From Eledone cirrhosa (Eukaryota): 64,000 nucleotides of DNA. Positions within the stretch are counted from its first letter, which is position 1; every line of letters starts with the position of its first letter. The position numbers were made by a program, and so were the translations under genes. Shown here one piece after another: positions 51,401-64,000 of the stretch. The DNA lies in assembly GCA_964016885.1 (NCBI GenBank), contig OZ024754.1:30256001-30320000 (forward strand). The letters run 5' to 3'. The notes below the pieces were generated by a model that was given only the letters and a program-made list of their open reading frames with translations, made no database searches and was not told the DNA's origin.

Positions 51401-54400
51401 TCCCACTGATGTCAGCTGACTAAGGCCTTTCTCTCATCCCCACTGATGTCAGCTGACTAAGGTCTCTCTCTCATTCCCACTGATGTCAGCTGACTAAGGC
51501 CTCTCTCTCATTCCCACTGATGTCAGCTGACTAAGGCCTCTCTCTCATTCTCACTGATGTCAGCTGACTAAGACCTCTCTCTCATTCCCACTGAAGTCAG
51601 CTGACTAAGACCTCTCTCTCATTCCCACTGATGTCAGCTGACTAAGGCCTCTCTCTCATTCCCACTGATGTCAACTGACTAAGGCCTTTCTCTCATTCCC
51701 ACTGAAGTCAGCTGACTAAGACCTCTCTCTCATTCCCACTGATGTCAGCTGACTAAGGCCTCTCTCTCATTCCCACTGATGTGAGCTGACTAAGGCCTTT
51801 CTCTCATTCCCACTGATGTCAGCTGACTAAGGCCTTTCTCTCATTCCCACTGATGTCAGCTGACTAAGGTCTCTCTCTCATTCCCACTGATGTCAGCTGA
51901 CTAAGGCCTTTCTCTCATTCCCACTGATGTCAGCTGACTAAGGCCTCTCTCTCATTCCCACTGATGTCAGCTGACTAAGGTCTCTCTCTCATTCCCAACT
52001 GATGTCAGCTGACTAAGACCTCTCTCTCATTCCCACTGATGTCAGCTGACTAAGACCTTTCTCTCATTCCCACTGATGTCAGCTGACTAAGGCCTCTCTC
52101 TCATTCGCACTGATGTCAGCTGACTAAGGCCTCTCTCTCATTCCCACTGATGTCAGCTGACTAAGGTCTTTCTCTCATTCCCACTGATGCCAGCTGACTA
52201 AGATCTCTCTCTCATTCCCACTGATGTCAGCTGACTAAGGTCTCTCTCTCATTCCCACTGATGTCAGCTGACTAAGGCCTTTCTCTCATTCCCACTGATG
52301 TCAGCTGACTAAGGCCTCTCTCTCATTCCCAATGATGTCACCTGACTAAGGCCTCTCTCTCATTCCCACTGATTTCAGCTGACTAAGGCCTCTCTCTCAT
52401 TCCCACTGATGTCAGCTGACTAAGGCCTTTCTCTCATTCCACTGATGTCAGCTGACTAAGGTCTCTGTCTCATTCCCACTGATGTCAGCTGACTAACGCC
52501 TTTCTCTCATTCCCACTGATGTCAGCTGACTAAGGTCTCTCTCTCATTCCCACTGATGTCAGCTGACTAAGGTCTCTCTCTCATTCCCACTGATGTCAGC
52601 TGACTAAGGCCTTTCTCTCATTCCCACTGATGTCAGCTGACTAAGGCCTCTCTCTCATTCCCACTGATGTCAGCTGACTAAGGCCTCTCTCTCATTCCCA
52701 CTGATGTCAGCTGACTAAGGTCTCTCTCTCATTCCCACTGATGTCAGCTGACTAAGGCCTTTCTCTCATTCCCACTGATGTTAGCTGACTGAGTCCTCTC
52801 TCTCATTCCCACTGATGTCAGCTGACTAAGGTCTCTCTCTCATTCCCACTGATGTCAGCTGACTAATGTCTCTCTCTTATTCCTACTGATGTCAGCTGAC
52901 TAAGGCCTCTCTCTCATTCCCACTGATGTCAGCTGACTAAGGCCTCTCTCTCATTCCCACTGATGTCAGCTGACTAAGGTCTCTCTCTCATTCCCACTGA
53001 TGTCAGCTGACTAAGGCCTTTCTCTCATTCCCGCTGATGTTAGCTGACTAAGGCCTCTCTCTCATTCCCACTGATGTCAGCTGACTAAGGTCTCTCTCTC
53101 ATTCCCACTGATGTCAGCTGACTAAGGCCTTTCTCTCATTCCCACTGATGTTAGCTGACTAAGGTCTCTCTGTCATTCCCACTGATGTCAGCTGACTAAG
53201 ACCTCTCTCTCATTCCCACTGATGTCAGCTGACTAAGGTCTCTCTCTCATTCCCACTGATGTCAGCTGACTAAGGTCTCTCTCTCATTCCCACTGATGTC
53301 AGCTGACTAAGGTCTCTCTCTCATTCCCACTGATGTCAGCTGACTAAGGTCTCTCTCTCATTCTCACTGATGTTAGCTGACTAAGGCCTCTCTCTCATTC
53401 CCACTGATGTCAGCTGACTAAGGTCTCTCTCTCATTCCCACTGATGTCAGCTGACTAAGGTCTCTCTCTCATTCCCATGATGTCAGCTGACTAAGGTCTC
53501 TCTCTCATTCCCACTGATGTCAGCTGACTAAGGTCTCTCTCTCATTCCCACTGATGTCAGCTGACTAAGGCCTTTCTCTCATTCCCACTGATGTCAGCTG
53601 ACTAAGGTCTCTCTCTCATTCCCACTGATGTCAGCTGACTAAGGCCTCTCTCTCATTCCCACTGATGTCAGCTGACTAAGGCCTTTCTCTCATTCCCACT
53701 GATGTCAGCTGACTAAGGTCTCTCTCTCATTCCCACTGATGTCAGCTGACTAAGGCCTTTCTCTCATTCCCACTGATGTCAGCTGACTAAGGTCTCTCTC
53801 TCATTCCCACTGATGTCAGCTGACTAAGGCCTTTCTCTCATTCCCACTGATGTCAGCTGACTAAGGTCTCTCTCTCATTCCCACTGATGTCAGCTGACTA
53901 AGGCCTCTCTCTCATTCCCACTGATGTCAGCTGACTAAGGCCTTTCTCTCATTCCCACTGATGTCAGCTGACTAAGGTCTCTCTCTCATTCCCACTGATG
54001 TCAGCTGACTAAGGTCTCTCTCTCATTCTCACTGATGTTAGCTGACTAAGGCCTCTCTCTCATTCCCACTGATGTCAGCTGACTAAGGTCTCTCTCTCAT
54101 TCCCACTGATGTCAGCTGACTAAGGTCTCTCTCTCATTCCCACTGATGTCAGCTGACTAAGGTCTCTCTCTCATTCCCACTGAAGTCAGCTGACTAAGGT
54201 CTCTCTCTCATTCCCACTGATGTCAGCTGACTAAGGCCTCTCTCTCATTCCCACTGATGTCAGCTGACTAAGGCCTCTCTCTCATTCCCACTGATGTCAG
54301 CTGACTAAGGTCTCTCTCTCATTCCCACTGATGTCAGCTGACTAAGGCCTTTCTCTCATTCCCACTGATGTTAGCTGACTAAGGCCTCTCTCTCATTCCC

Positions 54401-57400
54401 ACTGATGTCAGCTGACTAAGGTCTCTCTCTCATTCCCACTGATGTCAGCTGACTAAGGCCTTTCTCTCATTCCCACTGATGTTAGCTGACTAAGGTCTCT
54501 CTGTCATTCCCACTGATGTCAGCTGACTAAGGTCTCTCTCTCATTCCCACTGATGTCAGCTGACTAAGGTCTCTCTCTCATTCCCACTGATGTCAGCTGA
54601 CTAAGGTCTCTCTCTCATTCCCACTGATGTCAGCTGACTAAGGTCTCTCTCTCATTCTCACTGATGTTAGCTGACTAAGGCCTCTCTCTCATTCCCACTG
54701 ATGTCAGCTGACTAAGGTCTCTCTCTCATTCCCACTGATGTCAGCTGACTAAGGTCTCTCTGTCATTCCCACTGATGTCAGCTGACTAAGGTCTCTCTCT
54801 CATTCCCACTGATGTCAGCTGACTAAGGTCTCTCTCTCATTCCCACTGATGTCAGCTGACTAAGGCCTTTCTCTCATTCCCACTGATGTCAGCTGACTAA
54901 GACCTCTCTCTCATTCCCACTGATGTCAGCTGACTAAGGTCTCTCTCTCATTCCCACTGATGTCAGCTGACTAAGGCCTTTCTCTCATTCCCACTGATGT
55001 CAGCTGACTAAGACCTCTCTGTCATTCCCACTGATGTCAGCTGACTAAGGTCTCTCTGTCATTCCCACTGATGTCAGCTGACTAAGGTCTCTCTCTCATT
55101 CCCACTGATGTCAGCTGACTAAGATCTCTCTCTCATTCCCACTGATGTCAGCTGACTAAGGTCTCTCTCTCATTCTCACTGATGTTAGCTGACTAAGGCC
55201 TCTCTCTCATTCCCACTGATGTCAGCTGACTAAGGTCTCTCTCTCATTCCCACTGATGTCAGCTGACTAAGGTCTCTCTCTCATTCCCACTGATGTCACC
55301 TGACTAAGGTCTCTCTCTCATTCCCACTGATGTCAGCTGACTAAGGTCTCTCTCTCATTCCCACTGATGTCAGCTGACTAAGGCCTTTCTCTCATTCCCA
55401 CTGATGTCAGCTGACTAAGGTCTCTCTCTCATTCCCACTGATGTCAGCTGACTAAGGCCTCTCTCTCATTCCCACTGATGTCAGCTGACTAAGGCCTTTC
55501 TCTCATTCCCACTGATGTCAGCTGACTAAGGTCTCTCTCTCATTCCCACTGATGTCAGCTGACTAAGGCCTTTCTCTCATTCCCACTGATGTCAGCTGAC
55601 TAAGGTCTCTCTCTCATTCCCACTGATGTCAGCTGACTAAGGCCTTTCTCTCATTCCCACTGATGTCAGCTGACTAAGGTCTCTCTCTCATTCCCACTGA
55701 TGTCAGCTGACTAAGGCCTCTCTCTCATTCCCACTGATGTCAGCTGATTAAGGCCTTTCTCTCATTCCCACTGATGTCAGCTGACTAAGGTCTCTCTCTC
55801 ATTCCCACTGATGTCAGCTGACTAAGGTCTCTCTCTCATTCCCACTGATGTCAGCTGACTAAGGCCTTTCTCTCATTCCCACTGAAGTCAGCTGACTAAG
55901 GTCTCTCTCTCATTCCCACTGATGTCAGCTGACTAAGGTCTCTCTCTCATTCCCACTGATGTCAGCTGACTAAGATCTCTCTCTCATTCCCACTGATGTC
56001 AGCTGACTAAGGTCTCTCTCTCATTCTCACTGATGTTAGCTGACTAAGGCCTCTCTCTCATTCCCACTGATGTCAGCTGACTAAGGTCTCTCTCTCATTC
56101 CCACTGATGTCAGCTGACTAAGGTCTCTCTCTCATTCCCACTGATGTCAGCTGACTAAGGTCTCTCTCTCATTCCCACTGATGTCAGCTGACTAAGGTCT
56201 CTCTCTCATTCCCACTGATGTCAGCTGACTAAGGTCTCTCTCTCATTCCCACTGAAGTCAGCTGACTAAGGTCTCTCTCTCATTCCCACTGATGTCAGCT
56301 GACTAAGGCCTCTCTCTCATTCCCACTGATGTCAGCTGACTAAGGCCTCTCTCTCATTCCCACTGATGTCAGCTGACTAAGGTCTCTCTCTCATTCCCAC
56401 TGATGTCAGCTGACTAAGGTCTCTCTCTCATTCCCACTGATGTCAGCTGACTAAGATCTCTCTCTCATTCCCACTGATGTCAGCTGACTAAGGTCTCTCT
56501 CTCATTCCCACTGATGTCAGCTGACTAAGGTCTCTCTCTCATTCCCACTGATGTCAGCTGACTAAGGTCTCTCTCTCATTCCCACTGAAGTCAGCTGACT
56601 AAGGTCTCTCTCTCATTCCCACTGATGTCAGCTGACTAAGGCCTCTCTCTCATTCCCACTGATGTCAGCTGACTAAGGCCTCTCTCTCATTCCCACTGAT
56701 GTCAGCTGACTAAGGTCTCTCTCTCATTCCCACTGATGTCAGCTGACTAAGGCCTTTCTCTCATTCCCACTGATGTTAGCTGACTAAGGCCTCTCTCTCA
56801 TTCCCACTGATGTCAGCTGACTAAGGTCTCTCTCTCATTCCCACTGATGTCAGCTGACTAAGGCCTTTCTCTCATTCCCACTGATGTTAGCTGACTAAGG
56901 TCTCTCTGTCATTCCCACTGATGTCAGCTGACTAAGGTCTCTCTCTCATTCCCACTGATGTCAGCTGACTAAGGTCTCTCTCTCATTCCCACTGATGTCA
57001 GCTGACTAAGGTCTCTCTCTCATTCCCACTGATGTCAGCTGACTAAGGTCTCTCTCTCATTCTCACTGATGTTAGCTGACTAAGGCCTCTCTCTCATTCC
57101 CACTGATGTGAGCTGACTAAGGTCTCTCTCTCATTCCCACTGATGTCAGCTGACTAAGGTCTCTCTCTCATTCCCACTGATGTCAGCTGACTAAGGTCTC
57201 TCTCTCATTCCCACTGATGTCAGCTGACTAAGGTCTCTCTCTCATTCCCACTGATGTCAGCTGACTAAGGCCTTTCTCTCATTCCCACTGATGTCAGCTG
57301 ACTAAGACCTCTCTCTCATTCCCACTGATGTCAGCTGACTAAGGTCTCTCTCTCATTCCCACTGATGTCAGCTGACTAAGGCCTTTCTCTCATTCCCACT

Positions 57401-60400
57401 GATGTCAGCTGACTAAGACCTCTCTGTCATTCCCACTGATGTCAGCTGACTAAGGTCTCTCTGTCATTCCCACTGATGTCAGCTGACTAAGGTCTCTCTC
57501 TCATTCCCACTGATGTCAGCTGACTAAGATCTCTCTCTCATTCCCACTGATGTCAGCTGACTAAGGTCTCTCTCTCATTCTCACTGATGTTAGCTGACTA
57601 AGGCCTCTCTCTCATTCCCACTGATGTCAGCTGACTAAGGTCTCTCTCTCATTCCCACTGATGTCAGCTGACTAAGGTCTCTCTCTCATTCCCACTGATG
57701 TCACCTGACTAAGGTCTCTCTCTCATTCCCACTGATGTCAGCTGACTAAGGTCTCTCTCTCATTCCCACTGATGTCAGCTGACTAAGGCCTTTCTCTCAT
57801 TCCCACTGATGTCAGCTGACTAAGGTCTCTCTCTCATTCCCACTGATGTCAGCTGACTAAGGCCTCTCTCTCATTCCCACTGATGTCAGCTGACTAAGGC
57901 CTTTCTCTCATTCCCACTGATGTCAGCTGACTAAGGTCTCTCTCTCATTCCCACTGATGTCAGCTGACTAAGGCCTTTCTCTCATTCCCACTGATGTCAG
58001 CTGACTAAGGTCTCTCTCTCATTCCCACTGATGTCAGCTGACTAAGGCCTTTCTCTCATTCCCACTGATGTCAGCTGACTAAGGTCTCTCTCTCATTCCC
58101 ACTGATGTCAGCTGACTAAGGCCTCTCTCTCATTCCCACTGATGTCAGCTGATTAAGGCCTTTCTCTCATTCCCACTGATGTCAGCTGACTAAGGTCTCT
58201 CTCTCATTCCCACTGATGTCAGCTGACTAAGGTCTCTCTCTCATTCCCACTGATGTCAGCTGACTAAGGCCTTTCTCTCATTCCCACTGAAGTCAGCTGA
58301 CTAAGGTCTCTCTCTCATTCCCACTGATGTCAGCTGACTAAGGTCTCTCTCTCATTCCCACTGATGTCAGCTGACTAAGATCTCTCTCTCATTCCCACTG
58401 ATGTCAGCTGACTAAGGTCTCTCTCTCATTCTCACTGATGTTAGCTGACTAAGGCCTCTCTCTCATTCCCACTGATGTTAGCTGACTAAGGTCTCTCTCT
58501 CATTCCCACTGATGTCAGCTGACTAAGGTCTCTCTCTCATTCCCACTGATGTCAGCTGACTAAGGCCTTTCTCTCATTCCCACTGATGTCAGCTGACTAA
58601 GGTCTCTCTCTCATTCCCACTGATGTCAGCTGACTAAGGCCTCTCTCTCATTCCCACTGATGTCAGCTGACTAAGGCCTTTCTCTCATTCCCACTGATGT
58701 CAGCTGACTAAGGTCTCTCTCTCATTCCCACTGATGTCAGCTGACTAAGGCCTTTCTCTCATTCCCACTGATGTCAGCTGACTAAGGTCTCTCTCTCATT
58801 CCCACTGATGTCAGCTGACTAAGGCCTTTCTCTCATTCCCACTGATGTCAGCTGACTAAGGTCTCTCTCTCATTCCCACTGATGTCAGCTGACTAAGGCC
58901 TCTCTCTCATTCCCACTGATGTCAGCTGATTAAGGCCTTTCTCTCATTCCCACTGATGTCAGCTGACTAAGGTCTCTCTCTCATTCCCACTGATGTCAGC
59001 TGACTAAGGTCTCTCTCTCATTCCCACTGATGTCAGCTGACTAAGGCCTTTCTCTCATTCCCACTGAAGTCAGCTGACTAAGGTCTCTCTCTCATTCCCA
59101 CTGATGTCAGCTGACTAAGGTCTCTCTCTCATTCCCACTGATGTCAGCTGACTAAGGCCTCTCTCTCATTCCCACTGATGTCAGCTGACTAAGGCCTCTC
59201 TCTCATTCCCACTGATGTCGGCTGACTAAGGCCTCTCTCTCATTCCCACAGATGTCAGCTGACTAAGACCTCTCTCTCATTCCCACTGATGTCAGCTGAC
59301 TAAGACCTCTCTCTCATTCCCACTGATGTCAGCTGACTAAGGCCTCTCTCTCATTCCCACTGATGTCAGCTGACTAAGGCCTCTCTCTCATTCCCACTGA
59401 TGTCAGCTGACTAAGACCTTTCTCTCATTCCCACTGATGTCAGCTGACTAAGGCCTCTCTCTCATTCCCACTGATGTCAGCTGACTGAGGCCTTTCTCTC
59501 ATTCCCACTGATGTCAGCTGACTAAGGCCCTTCTCTCATTCCCACTGATGTCAGCTGACTAAGGCCTCTCTCTCATTCCCACTGATGTCAGCTGACTAAG
59601 GTCTTTCTCTCATTCCCACTGATGTCATCTGACTAAGACCTCTCTCACATTCCCACTGATGTCAGCTGACTAAGACCTCTCTCTCATTCCCACTGATGTC
59701 AGCTGACTAAGGCCTCTCTCTCATTCCCACTGATGTCAGCTGACTAAGGCCTTTCTCTCATTCCCACTGATGTCAGCTGACTAAGGCCTCTCTCTCATTC
59801 CCACTGATGTCAGCTGACTAAGGCCTCTCTCTCATTCCCACTGATGTCAGCTGACTAAGGCCTTTCTCTCATTCCCACTGATGTCAGCTGACTAAGGCCT
59901 CTCTCTCATTCCCACTGATGTCGGCTGACTAAGGCCTCTCTCTCATTCCCACTGATGTCAGCTGACTAAGACCTCTCTCTCATTCCCACTGATGTCAGCT
60001 GACTAAGACCTCTCTCTCATTCCCACTGATGTCAGCTGACTAAGGCCTCTCTCTCATTCCCACTGATGTCAGCTGACTAAGGCCTCTCTCTCATTCCCAC
60101 TGATGTCAGCTGACTAAGGCCTTTCTCTCATTCCCACTGATGTCAGCTGACTAAGGTCTCTCTCTCATTCCCACTGATGTCAGCTGACTAAGGCCTTTCT
60201 CTCATTCCCACTGATGTTAGCTGACTAAGGCCTCTCTCTCATTCCCACTGATGTCAGCTGACTAAGGTCTCTCTCTCATTCCCACTGATGTCAGCTGACT
60301 AAGGCCTTTCTCTCATTCCCACTGATGTTAGCTGACTAAGGTCTCTCTGTCATTCCCACTGATGTCAGCTGACTAAGGTCTCTCTCTCATTCCCACTGAT

Positions 60401-63400
60401 GTCAGCTGACTAAGGTCTCTCTCTCATTCCCACTGATGTCAGCTGACTAAGGTCTCTCTCTCATTCCCACTGATGTCAGCTGACTAAGGTCTCTCTCTCA
60501 TTCTCACTGATGTTAGCTGACTAAGGCCTCTCTCTCATTCCCACTGATGTCAGCTGACTAAGGCCTTTCTCTCATTCCCACTGATGTCAGCTGACTAAGA
60601 CCTCTCTCTCATTCCCACTGATGTCAGCTGACTAAGGTCTCTCTCTCATTCCCACTGATGTCAGCTGACTAAGGTCTCTCTCTCATTCCCACTGATGTCA
60701 GCTGACTAAGGTCTCTCTCTCATTCCCACTGATGTCAGCTGACTAAGGTCTCTCTCTCATTCCCACTGATGTCAGCTGACTAAGGCCTTTCTCTCATTCC
60801 CACTGATGTCAGCTGACTAAGACCTCTCTCTCATTCCCACTGATGTCAGCTGACTAAGGTCTCTCTCTCATTCCCACTGATGTCAGCTGACTAAGGTCTC
60901 TCTCTCATTCCCACTGATGTCAGCTGACTAAGGTCTCTCTCTCATTCTCACTGATGTTAGCTGACTAAGGCCTCTCTCTCATTCCCACTGATGTCAGCTG
61001 ACTAAGGTCTCTCTCTCATTCCCACTGATGTCAGCTGACTAAGGTCTCTCTGTCATTCCCACTGATGTCAGCTGACTAAGGTCTCTCTCTCATTCCCACT
61101 GATGTCAGCTGACTAAGGTCTCTCTCTCATTCCCACTGATGTCAGCTGACTAAGGCCTTTCTCTCATTCCCACTGATGTCAGCTGACTAAGACCTCTCTC
61201 TCATTCCCACTGATGTCAGCTGACTAAGGTCTCTCTCTCATTCCCACTGATGTCAGCTGACTAAGGCCTTTCTCTCATTCCCACTGATGTCAGCTGACTA
61301 AGACCTCTCTGTCATTCCCACTGATGTCAGCTGACTAAGGTCTCTCTGTCATTCCCACTGATGTCAGCTGACTAAGGTCTCTCTCTCATTCCCACTGATG
61401 TCAGCTGACTAAGATCTCTCTCTCATTCCCACTGATGTCAGCTGACTAAGGTCTCTCTCTCATTCTCACTGATGTTAGCTGACTAAGGCCTCTCTCTCAT
61501 TCCCACTGATGTCAGCTGACTAAGGTCTCTCTCTCATTCCCACTGATGTCAGCTGACTAAGGTCTCTCTCTCATTCCCACTGATGTCACCTGACTAAGGT
61601 CTCTCTCTCATTCCCACTGATGTCAGCTGACTAAGGTCTCTCTCTCATTCCCACTGATGTCAGCTGACTAAGGCCTTTCTCTCATTCCCACTGATGTCAG
61701 CTGACTAAGGTCTCTCTCTCATTCCCACTGATGTCAGCTGACTAAGGCCTCTCTCTCATTCCCACTGATGTCAGCTGACTAAGGCCTTTCTCTCATTCCC
61801 ACTGATGTCAGCTGACTAAGGTCTCTCTCTCATTCCCACTGATGTCAGCTGACTAAGGCCTTTCTCTCATTCCCACTGATGTCAGCTGACTAAGGTCTCT
61901 CTCTCATTCCCACTGATGTCAGCTGACTAAGGCCTTTCTCTCATTCCCACTGATGTCAGCTGACTAAGGTCTCTCTCTCATTCCCACTGATGTCAGCTGA
62001 CTAAGGCCTCTCTCTCATTCCCACTGATGTCAGCTGATTAAGGCCTTTCTCTCATTCCCACTGATGTCAGCTGACTAAGGTCTCTCTCTCATTCCCACTG
62101 ATGTCAGCTGACTAAGGTCTCTCTCTCATTCCCACTGATGTCAGCTGACTAAGGCCTTTCTCTCATTCCCACTGAAGTCAGCTGACTAAGGTCTCTCTCT
62201 CATTCCCACTGATGTCAGCTGACTAAGGTCTCTCTCTCATTCCCACTGATGTCAGCTGACTAAGATCTCTCTCTCATTCCCACTGATGTCAGCTGACTAA
62301 GGTCTCTCTCTCATTCTCACTGATGTTAGCTGACTAAGGCCTCTCTCTCATTCCCACTGATGTCAGCTGACTAAGGTCTCTCTCTCATTCCCACTGATGT
62401 CAGCTGACTAAGGTCTCTCTCTCATTCCCACTGATGTCAGCTGACTAAGGTCTCTCTCTCATTCCCACTGATGTCAGCTGACTAAGGTCTCTCTCTCATT
62501 CCCACTGATGTCAGCTGACTAAGGTCTCTCTCTCATTCCCACTGAAGTCAGCTGACTAAGGTCTCTCTCTCATTCCCACTGATGTCAGCTGACTAAGGCC
62601 TCTCTCTCATTCCCACTGATGTCAGCTGACTAAGGCCTCTCTCTCATTCCCACTGATGTCAGCTGACTAAGGTCTCTCTCTCATTCCCACTGATGTCAGC
62701 TGACTAAGGTCTCTCTCTCATTCCCACTGATGTCAGCTGACTAAGATCTCTCTCTCATTCCCACTGATGTCAGCTGACTAAGGTCTCTCTCTCATTCCCA
62801 CTGATGTCAGCTGACTAAGGTCTCTCTCTCATTCCCACTGATGTCAGCTGACTAAGGTCTCTCTCTCATTCCCACTGAAGTCAGCTGACTAAGGTCTCTC
62901 TCTCATTCCCACTGATGTCAGCTGACTAAGGCCTCTCTCTCATTCCCACTGATGTCAGCTGACTAAGGCCTCTCTCTCATTCCCACTGATGTCAGCTGAC
63001 TAAGGTCTCTCTCTCATTCCCACTGATGTCAGCTGACTAAGGCCTTTCTCTCATTCCCACTGATGTTAGCTGACTAAGGCCTCTCTCTCATTCCCACTGA
63101 TGTCAGCTGACTAAGGTCTCTCTCTCATTCCCACTGATGTCAGCTGACTAAGGCCTTTCTCTCATTCCCACTGATGTTAGCTGACTAAGGTCTCTCTGTC
63201 ATTCCCACTGATGTCAGCTGACTAAGGTCTCTCTCTCATTCCCACTGATGTCAGCTGACTAAGGTCTCTCTCTCATTCCCACTGATGTCAGCTGACTAAG
63301 GTCTCTCTCTCATTCCCACTGATGTCAGCTGACTAAGGTCTCTCTCTCATTCTCACTGATGTTAGCTGACTAAGGCCTCTCTCTCATTCCCACTGATGTG

Positions 63401-64000
63401 AGCTGACTAAGGTCTCTCTCTCATTCCCACTGATGTCAGCTGACTAAGGTCTCTCTCTCATTCCCACTGATGTCAGCTGACTAAGGTCTCTCTCTCATTC
63501 CCACTGATGTCAGCTGACTAAGGTCTCTCTCTCATTCCCACTGATGTCAGCTGACTAAGGCCTTTCTCTCATTCCCACTGATGTCAGCTGACTAAGACCT
63601 CTCTCTCATTCCCACTGATGTCAGCTGACTAAGGTCTCTCTCTCATTCCCACTGATGTCAGCTGACTAAGGCCTTTCTCTCATTCCCACTGATGTCAGCT
63701 GACTAAGACCTCTCTGTCATTCCCACTGATGTCAGCTGACTAAGGTCTCTCTGTCATTCCCACTGATGTCAGCTGACTAAGGTCTCTCTCTCATTCCCAC
63801 TGATGTCAGCTGACTAAGATCTCTCTCTCATTCCCACTGATGTCAGCTGACTAAGGTCTCTCTCTCATTCCCACTGATGTCAGCTGACTAAGATCTCTCT
63901 CTCATTCCCACTGATGTCAGCTGACTAAGGTCTCTCTCTCATTCTCACTGATGTTAGCTGACTAAGGCCTCTCTCTCATTCCCACTGATGTCAGCTGACT
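48491..64000. repeat. 37-bp satellite array, about 420 units, running off the window
   Basis: Unit GGTCTCTCTCTCATTCCCACTGATGTCAGCTGACTAA with GGTCTC/GGCCTC/GGCCTT/GACCTC variants; internal palindrome GTCAGCTGAC. Confidence 0.98.

Noticed and set aside
48491-64000. CRISPR-like 37-bp repeat with an internal palindrome
   Set aside because: Units are directly adjacent with no unique spacers, no cas genes, and the context is eukaryotic

Overview
Eukaryotic, AT-rich, repeat-saturated DNA. The mix of (TA)n/(TACA)n/(CAT)n microsatellites, tRNA-headed SINEs and RTE LINEs looks like an octopus (coleoid cephalopod) genome; this is an inference. No intact protein-coding gene is visible, and most listed ORFs are microsatellite translations. 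Supported content: several decayed RTE LINE copies of two families, one carrying a PHD-type Cys/His finger inside the RT ORF; two SINE families; three tandem Tx1/L1-like 3' fragments embedded in (GATA)n; a cleanly delimited non-autonomous Helitron nested in an RTE; hAT- and piggyBac-type MITEs with target-site duplications; a mariner relic; 38-bp and 54-bp minisatellites; and a >15 kb 37-bp satellite with block duplications at 65- and 170-unit offsets. The most notable signal is a set of unrelated fold-back (palindromic) elements beside (TA)n tracts that carry minimal type-I hammerhead ribozyme motifs. The best case is a 658-bp palindrome at 3103-3760 with a complete hammerhead on each strand, and solo hammerheads lie at 13737-13772 and 23441-23520. 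These resemble Penelope-like pLTR/retrozyme-type elements. A candidate minus-strand promoter (CCAAT, MEF2-like site, TATA) with splice donors lies at about 24.8-25.5 kb. The 200-N gap is flanked by duplicated sequence and is probably an assembly artefact.
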